Origin: Rhodospirillales bacterium
GTDB taxonomy: Bacteria > Pseudomonadota > Alphaproteobacteria > CACIAM-22H2
DNA length: 64,000 nucleotides
Reading direction: 5' to 3'
Assembly: GCA_947445225.1 (NCBI GenBank)
Contig: CANFCX010000001.1
Span: 24,189-88,188, forward strand
In this document: one piece after another, positions 58,471 to 64,000 of the stretch
How positions within the stretch are numbered: position 1 is the stretch's first letter
Layout of the letters: every line of letters starts with the position of its first letter
Notes under the pieces: model-generated
Told to the model about the DNA's origin: nothing
The model's database searches: none
The model's input: only the letters and a program-made list of their open reading frames with translations
Made by a program: the position numbers and the translations under genes

Positions 58471-58652
58471 ACCGGTTCGCTCCGGTTCATCGCAGCGACA
58501 CGGCGCCGCGCGGCCGCCTAATTCCGACCGATAGAACGTCATATTCCCGCCGTTGACTTGACCCGCCCGCCCGCCAATACTTGTCGTTTTTCCGCGGGGG
58601 GCCCGGTGGGCTTGAGGAAGGGCGGGCGACCGCCCCAGCAACAGGAGCAGCA

Positions 58653-59828
58653 GTGATTTCCGCCGTGATGCCAACCTATGCCCGGGCGGCTATCGCCTTC
58701 GAGCGTGGGGAGGGAGTCTATCTATTTAGCGCCGACGGCACCCGTTTCCTCGATTTCGCCAGCGGCGTCGGGGTGACTTCGCTTGGACACGGCCATCCCC
58801 ATCTTGTCGGCGCGTTGACCGAACAGGCCTCGCGCCTGTGGCACACCTCGAACCTGTACCGCTGTCCGGGCCAGGAGCGGCTCGCGCAAAGGCTGGTCGA
58901 CAACAGCTTCGCCGACACGGTGTTCTTCACCAATTCCGGGGCCGAAGCCGTGGAATGCGGTTTGAAATTGATCCGCAAACATTTCGACGAAACCGGCAAG
59001 CCCGAACGCTATCGCGTGATCTGCTGCGAAGGCGCGTTCCATGGGCGCACCTTGGCCACCATCGCGGCGGGCGGCCAGGAGAAAAATCTGAAGGGATTCG
59101 ATCCCGTCGTCGATGGATTCGATCACGTCGCGTTCGGGAATTTGAACGAACTGCGCGCGAAGATCGGGCCGGATACCGCCGCCATCCTGGTCGAGCCGAT
59201 ACAGGGCGAGGGCGGCATCCGCGTCGGCGATTCCGACTATCTCAAGGGGTTGCGCGCGGTCGCCGACGAATTCGGCCTTCTCCTTTTTTTCGACGAGGTT
59301 CAGTGCGGCATGGGCCGGACCGGCCGGCTCTTCGCCCATGAATGGTCGGGCGTGACGCCGGACGTGATGGCCGTGGCCAAGGGCATCGGCGGCGGCTTCC
59401 CCGTCGGCGCCTGTCTGGCCACCGAACGCGCCGCCATCGGCATGACCGCCGGGACACATGGTTCGACTTATGCCGGCGGACCGCTGGCCATGGCCGCGGC
59501 CAACGCCGTCCTGGACGTGATCCTGGCCGATGGATTTCTGGCCGGGGTGCGGCGCGTTGGCTCCATTCTTTGGGAGAAGCTGCGTGGTTTGGTCTCGACC
59601 CATCCGCGCGTCTTCACAACCCTGAGCGGCCGCGGGTTGATGCTGGGCCTGAGTTGCGTCGCCGCAAATACCAACGTCGTCGAGCGGCTGCGCGCCAACC
59701 GGCTGTTGGTGGTCGCCGCCGGGGGCAACATGATTCGCCTGCTGCCGCCGCTCATCATCGACGCCCGGCATGTCGAGGAGGCGGGGGATCAAATCGAGAC
59801 CGCCTGCCGGGAATTGGAGGCCGCCTGA
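58653..59828 (+). CDS. argD: Acetylornithine aminotransferase
   Basis: Class III PLP aminotransferase (..[19 protein letters not shown].., ..[16 protein letters not shown]..); adjacent to argF; start GTG 58653 (AGGAG SD) or ATG 58668. Confidence 0.88.
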   Translation: MISAVMPTYARAAIAFERGEGVYLFSADGTRFLDFASGVGVTSLGHGHPHLVGALTEQASRLWHTSNLYRCPGQERLAQRLVDNSFADTVFFTNSGAEAVECGLKLIRKHFDETGKPERYRVICCEGAFHGRTLATIAAGGQEKNLKGFDPVVDGFDHVAFGNLNELRAKIGPDTAAILVEPIQGEGGIRVGDSDYLKGLRAVADEFGLLLFFDEVQCGMGRTGRLFAHEWSGVTPDVMAVAKGIGGGFPVGACLATERAAIGMTAGTHGSTYAGGPLAMAAANAVLDVILADGFLAGVRRVGSILWEKLRGLVSTHPRVFTTLSGRGLMLGLSCVAANTNVVERLRANRLLVVAAGGNMIRLLPPLIIDARHVEEAGDQIETACRELEAA

Positions 59829-60745
59829 TGGACGAGCCGCGGCATTTCCTCGACATCGACCGCTGCAGCGCCGGCACGCTGCGCGGCATCCTCGAACTCG
59901 CCACTGCCTTCAAGCGGCATCGGCCGCCCAAGGGTGAGCCGCGGCCGCTTGTCGGCAAGACTCTCGCGATGCTCTTCGAGAAGCAATCGACCCGGACGCG
60001 CGTGTCCTTCGAGGTCGGGATGAGCCAACTCGGCGGCGACACGATCGTGCTCAACACCCAGGATTCGCAGTTGGGGCGCGGCGAAAGCATCGCCGACACC
60101 GCTCGCGTGTTGTCGCGGTATGTCGATGCCATCGTGTTGCGCACCAACAGCGAGGACAAGCTGCACGAATTGGCCGATCATTCGCAGGTGCCGGTCATCA
60201 ACGGCCTGACCGACAAGAGCCATCCCTGCCAAGTCCTCGCCGATGTGATGACGTTCGAGGAACATCGCGGCCCCATCCGCGGGCGGGTCGTGGCGTGGAG
60301 CGGCGACGGCAACAACGTCGCGGCTTCGTGGGTCCATGCCGCCATCCGCTTCGATTTCGTGCTGCGGTTGGCGTGTCCGACGGGCCTGCAGCCGCCGGAG
60401 GCGCTGCTGGCCTGGGCGCGCGAGGAAGGCGGCGCGGTTTCCGTCACCCAGGATGTCGAAGCGGCGGTCGCCGATTCCGATTGCGTGGTGACCGACACCT
60501 GGGTCTCCATGGGCCAGTCCGACGGCGAATCCCGGCACAATCTGCTCCAGCCCTACCGCGTCGATGAACGTTTGATGGCGCGCGCCAAGCCCGATGCGAT
60601 TTTCATGCATTGCCTCCCGGCCCGGCGCGACCGCGAGGTGACGGCGGGTGTCATCGACGGACCGCAATCGGTGGTCTGGGATGAAGCCGCGAACCGCCTG
60701 CACGCGCAGAAGGGCCTGCTCGCCTGGTGTCTGAACGGGATTTGA
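59828..60745 (+). CDS. argF: Ornithine carbamoyltransferase
   Basis: STRTRVSFE and HCLPA motifs; ATGA overlap with argD stop. Confidence 0.93.
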   Translation: MDEPRHFLDIDRCSAGTLRGILELATAFKRHRPPKGEPRPLVGKTLAMLFEKQSTRTRVSFEVGMSQLGGDTIVLNTQDSQLGRGESIADTARVLSRYVDAIVLRTNSEDKLHELADHSQVPVINGLTDKSHPCQVLADVMTFEEHRGPIRGRVVAWSGDGNNVAASWVHAAIRFDFVLRLACPTGLQPPEALLAWAREEGGAVSVTQDVEAAVADSDCVVTDTWVSMGQSDGESRHNLLQPYRVDERLMARAKPDAIFMHCLPARRDREVTAGVIDGPQSVVWDEAANRLHAQKGLLAWCLNGI

Positions 60746-61668
60746 GCGCACCCCCCGACGACTTTATTCAGTCCTTCAAGGCGGCGCCGCTGACGTTGCG
60801 CGGCCGCCTGTTGCGGCTTGGTCCCGCGATCGACGCGATCCTGCGCCGACACGACTATCCGCTGCCGGTGGCGTCGCTGCTGGGGGAGGCCCTGACGCTG
60901 GCCGCCCTGCTCGCGGCCACGTTGAAATACGATGGCGTCTTCACGCTGCAAACCAAGGGCGACGGCGCGATCCGTTTGCTGGTCGCCGACGTGACCAGCG
61001 ACGGCGCCTTGCGCGGTTATGCCCAATACGATGGCGACCGCCTGGCGACCATCGCCGCCCCTGGGCAGCCCGGGCCATCGGCCTCGGCGCCGCGCCTGCT
61101 GGGCGCCGGGTACCTTGCCTTCACGGTCGATCAGGGAACCCACACCGAACGATATCAAGGCATTGTCGAACTGACCGGGGCGACGTTGGCCGAATGCGCG
61201 CATCATTATTTCCGGCAGTCCGAGCAATTGGAGACGGGGATTCGGATCGCCGTCGGACAAGGCGTCGACGGCACTTGGCGCGCGGGCGGTCTGTTGGTGC
61301 AAAGGCTGCCGCCGCCGGGCGCCGAGGTCGCGGCGCTGGCGCCGCCGCAAGACGAAGACGAGGCCGAGGATGGCTGGCGGCGCGCCCTGGTCATGGTCGG
61401 CAGCGCGGCCACGTCCGAATTGCTGGATCCGGGGCTTGCCGCCGAGACGCTGCTCTATCGCTTGTTCCATGAAAAAGGCGTGCGTGTATGGCCGCCCAAG
61501 GGTCTTCGCCATTCCTGCCGCTGCTCGCCGCACCGGGTCGAGGCAATGCTGCGCCAATTGCAGCCCACCGAACTCACCGACCTGATGATCGACGGGAAGC
61601 TGATCGTGACCTGCGAGTTCTGCAACGCGCGCTACACCTATGACGACCGTGCGCTCGCTTCACCTTGA
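60727..61668 (+). CDS. hslO: Redox-regulated chaperone Hsp33
   Basis: C-terminal zinc centre [11 protein letters not shown]...CEFCNARY; GTG start overlapping argF 3' end. Confidence 0.88.
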   Translation: MSERDLSAPPDDFIQSFKAAPLTLRGRLLRLGPAIDAILRRHDYPLPVASLLGEALTLAALLAATLKYDGVFTLQTKGDGAIRLLVADVTSDGALRGYAQYDGDRLATIAAPGQPGPSASAPRLLGAGYLAFTVDQGTHTERYQGIVELTGATLAECAHHYFRQSEQLETGIRIAVGQGVDGTWRAGGLLVQRLPPPGAEVAALAPPQDEDEAEDGWRRALVMVGSAATSELLDPGLAAETLLYRLFHEKGVRVWPPKGLRHSCRCSPHRVEAMLRQLQPTELTDLMIDGKLIVTCEFCNARYTYDDRALASP

Positions 61669-61731
61669 CCCAAAGGCCACCGGCGCCCATTTATTCAACA
61701 TCGAGACTTCGATAAGGGGGCGGAACCCGCG

Positions 61732-62352
61732 ATGACACCAAAGGCCTGCTACCCAATCTTGGCGCGAGCGATCGGCGCCCTCGCCTTGACGTTGTTATGG
61801 AGCTGCGCCCCGACACCGGCGCAGGCGCCGCTACCGCAACTGACCTACGGACATCTCGGGGTCCTTCGTCTGGATGCCCGCACGGTCGAAATCGTCGCCG
61901 AATATTCTCCGCCGCTGACCTACCCCAATGTCGAACATTTGTTCCCGGTTTCGCCGGAGGCGGCGCTGCGGCGGTGGGCGGTCGATCGTTTGCAACCAGC
62001 CGGGCGACAGGCGCTGGGCGACGGACGGCGCGTCATCGTCCTGATCAAGGACGCCCGAGTCGTGGAAACCCGCCTGCCGCGGACCGAGGGCCTGCGCGGA
62101 GCGTTCACCGAGGACCAATCCGAGCGTTACGATGCCGTGCTGGAGGTGGCCATCGAAATCCGGTCCGACCGCGCCAATTTCCGCGACGCCTTCGTAACGG
62201 CGCGCGCCGAACGCTCGCGGACGGTGACGGAGGGAATCTCCATCAGCGCGCGTGAAAGAGTGTGGTTCGAGATTACCGAAAGCCTGATGAACGATCTGAA
62301 CCGCGAACTGGATCGCCAGATGCGGGAGAACTTCAGGCAGTACTTGTTATAG
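61732..62352 (+). CDS. Lipoprotein, hypothetical
   Basis: LALTLLWSCAP lipobox; no recognisable domain. Confidence 0.5.
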   Translation: MTPKACYPILARAIGALALTLLWSCAPTPAQAPLPQLTYGHLGVLRLDARTVEIVAEYSPPLTYPNVEHLFPVSPEAALRRWAVDRLQPAGRQALGDGRRVIVLIKDARVVETRLPRTEGLRGAFTEDQSERYDAVLEVAIEIRSDRANFRDAFVTARAERSRTVTEGISISARERVWFEITESLMNDLNRELDRQMRENFRQYLL

Positions 62353-62357
62353 CCGCC

Positions 62358-62792
62358 TTAAGCCGAGCGGCCGCGGCGGCGTTTGATCTCGATGCCGACC
62401 GCCGCGGCTTGGGCGTAGACGTCGAGTTTTGCGACCCGCACACGCGCCTCGATCGCCCGTTCATCGGCAAGACAGAGGGCGGCGATGCGTTCGGCCAACG
62501 TCTCGATCAGATTGATGTGGCCGGCGCCGACCAGCGCGCGAATCCCCTCCACGATCGCTTCATAGGACAACACGGCCGACAGCGCGTCGGGAAAAGGCGA
62601 TGGCTGTTGCCGGACGCCCAGATCGACATTGATGCTGACGCGCTGGGGCGCGCGTTTTTCGTGCGCATGGACGCCGATGTTCGCGATGAGAACGAGATCG
62701 CGAATGAATATCGAGTACTGGCCGGTCTCGTCCTGCGTTTCCACTGGTATTCCCCTTCCGGCGCGCAAGCCCCGTCCCGCCGTCCTTCCCAC
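62358..62792 (-). CDS. folB: Dihydroneopterin aldolase
   Basis: IFIRDLVLIANIGVHAHEKRAPQRVSINVDL... FolB fold; start may be internal GTG (~62744). Confidence 0.8.
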   Translation of the reverse strand: MGRTAGRGLRAGRGIPVETQDETGQYSIFIRDLVLIANIGVHAHEKRAPQRVSINVDLGVRQQPSPFPDALSAVLSYEAIVEGIRALVGAGHINLIETLAERIAALCLADERAIEARVRVAKLDVYAQAAAVGIEIKRRRGRSA

Positions 62793-62839
62793 GTTATCGC
62801 GCCCTTCCTCGGCCTTGGCAATTCATCGTAGGTTGCGGC

Positions 62840-63352
62840 ATGGAATTTGTGCTGATCGCACTGGGCACCAATCTCGGCGACCGGCTTGCCAATCTCGGCG
62901 CGGCCCTGCGCGGGCTCGATGGGCCGCTTCGCGACATCGTCACCTCCCCGGTCTATGAAACCGCGCCGCGTTATGTCGAAGACCAGCCGCCTTTCCTCAA
63001 CATGGCCGCACGTGCGGAGACGACCCTCGCGCCGCTCGATCTGCTGGTCAGGCTCAAAGACATCGAACGGGCGCTAGGACGCAAAGATGGCGTGCGCAAC
63101 GGCCCCCGCCTCATCGACCTCGACATCATTTTCTATGGCGCGCGCGTTCTGCGCCTGCCGGGGCTGACCATCCCCCATCCCAGGCTGGCGGAGCGCAGCT
63201 TCGTGCTTCGCCCGCTCGCCGATATCGCGCCCACGTGGCGGCATCCGGAGACGGGCGCGACGGTGACCGAAATGTTGGCCCCCATCGCCGACGATCCCGG
63301 CGTGAGGCTGGCGACGCGGCAATTTGAGCCGATTGCGGGGGGCCCGCGCTAA
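62840..63352 (+). CDS. folK: 2-amino-4-hydroxy-6-hydroxymethyldihydropteridine pyrophosphokinase
   Basis: MEFVLIALGTNLGDRLANL..SPVYETAP..GPRLIDLDII typical HPPK. Confidence 0.9.
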   Translation: MEFVLIALGTNLGDRLANLGAALRGLDGPLRDIVTSPVYETAPRYVEDQPPFLNMAARAETTLAPLDLLVRLKDIERALGRKDGVRNGPRLIDLDIIFYGARVLRLPGLTIPHPRLAERSFVLRPLADIAPTWRHPETGATVTEMLAPIADDPGVRLATRQFEPIAGGPR

Positions 63353-63831
63353 CGCGGCGGCGCGCGCGTGGGACCGAGAACGACGCTGTGTTCGCCCGCG
63401 GCCGATCCCAGAAGGATGCGGTCCTGGGCAATGGACTTCACGGTCCAGCCTTCGATGTCGCCGCCTTCGGGCACGCGCAGGACGCGGCCGGTATTGCCTT
63501 CCCGAAGCATCACAAAACGCCGATCGCCGGAAGTGACCACGCCGGTCAACCGATACCGTCCGATGGTAGCGCCGTCGGGTGCAACCTGGCCGGCCTGGCT
63601 TGGCGCCGGCGCCGCTCGCCGCGCCGCGACAAAAAGCGGGCGGCGGAGCGAATCGGCGAGCGCTTCGAAAGGCGGCAGAACCGGCAGGGCGGCGCCTTCG
63701 GCCCCCTGACCCGGTTGGCGCCCCGAGGCCGGCGGGGAATCGTCCATCGGCAGCACCCAGGGAAGGCCGCCGAGGATGATGAAGACGGCGATCGCCGCCG
63801 CCAGCCTTACGCCCGCGCGTCCCGCTTTCAT
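63349..63831 (-). CDS. Inner-membrane-anchored protein with PilP/GspC-type C-terminal domain (T2SS GspC/GspN-like)
   Basis: N-terminal TM (AAAIAVFIILGGLPWVL), C-terminal YRLTGVVTSGDRRFVMLREGNTGRVLRVPEGGDIEGWTVKSIAQDRILL resembling HR/PilP domain; ATGA coupling to upstream partial gene. Confidence 0.4.
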   Translation of the reverse strand: MKAGRAGVRLAAAIAVFIILGGLPWVLPMDDSPPASGRQPGQGAEGAALPVLPPFEALADSLRRPLFVAARRAAPAPSQAGQVAPDGATIGRYRLTGVVTSGDRRFVMLREGNTGRVLRVPEGGDIEGWTVKSIAQDRILLGSAAGEHSVVLGPTRAPPR

Positions 63832-64000
63832 CGGAACCCCGCCGGCTGCGCGCCAGCCGCCAGCGGCCGGAATCCAACGACGTCGAACTGCACATCGAGA
63901 TTCCGCCCGGCGCCCACGGCCTGGCTCGTGCGCGCCCCGATCGTCACGTTGTCGATCAGAAGCACCGGCCGTTCGCTTTCGAGGGCGTGAAGGAGCGCGA
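63828..64000 (-). CDS. Partial (3' end only) gene, possibly GspM/GspL-like secretion component
   Basis: Frame translates to ...ALLHALESERPVLLIDNVTIGARTSQAVGAGRNLDVQFDVVGFRPLAAGAQPAGFR*; assignment by context only. Confidence 0.25.
   Translation of the reverse strand, partial: ALLHALESERPVLLIDNVTIGARTSQAVGAGRNLDVQFDVVGFRPLAAGAQPAGFR

Overview
High-GC (about 65-70%) alphaproteobacterial chromosomal window, probably Rhodospirillales-like, mostly core genes with a few accessory islands.

Described content, left to right:
- 1-178: 3' end of an IS1595-family transposase, followed by a lower-GC hypothetical gene (353-1015).
- 1360-6430 (minus): F1 ATP synthase operon atpH-atpA-atpG-atpD-atpC.
- 6818-7602: DUF1778 antitoxin / GNAT toxin type II TA pair.
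- 7893-8525: orphan LuxR-type regulator.
- 8633-12646: priA, then DUF484-xerC.
- 12846-26057 (minus): 13 kb, 7-gene cluster. Members are a FAD/NAD(P)-oxidoreductase + 2x cNMP-binding + 4x[4Fe-4S] fusion; a His-rich polytopic membrane protein; an FHA-TM-decahaem cytochrome c; a small periplasmic protein; a tandem GlcG/HbpS-like protein; a 628-aa outer-membrane beta-barrel; and a 1315-aa secreted decahaem cytochrome fused to an LVIVD beta-propeller. I read it as a candidate porin-cytochrome trans-envelope electron conduit with an unusual architecture, and it is the most interesting feature of the window.
- 26245-31295: secreted MORN-repeat and PPC-domain proteins converging on an isolated GspD-type liposecretin.
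- 31343-33852: DUF962, ubiX, cobO, SYLF protein.
- 33858-53989: anaerobic-type cobalamin biosynthesis locus (cobQ, cobD, cbiX, cobH with a 330-aa N-terminal extension, cobL, cobI, cbiG-cobJ fusion, cobM, cobK, cbiD, cobA, cobB). Interspersed in it are an adenylate cyclase, an ArsB/DASS-type permease, a methyltransferase-ATP-grasp fusion and SCO1. I found no B12 riboswitch.
- 54029-63352: gpx, a sulfite-oxidase-like Mo enzyme, a large MscS channel, an ABC-2 permease, argD-argF-hslO, folB, folK.
- 63349-64000: start of a GspC/GspM-like pair.

Two families of GC-rich palindromic intergenic repeats (CTCTCCCC..GGGGAGAG type and TGGGGGCC..GGCCCCCA type, the latter including a ~90-nt MITE-like unit) recur in at least eight intergenic sites. 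No rRNA, tRNA or CRISPR was recognised. Many long ORFs in the supplied track are antisense GC-frame artefacts and were not called.
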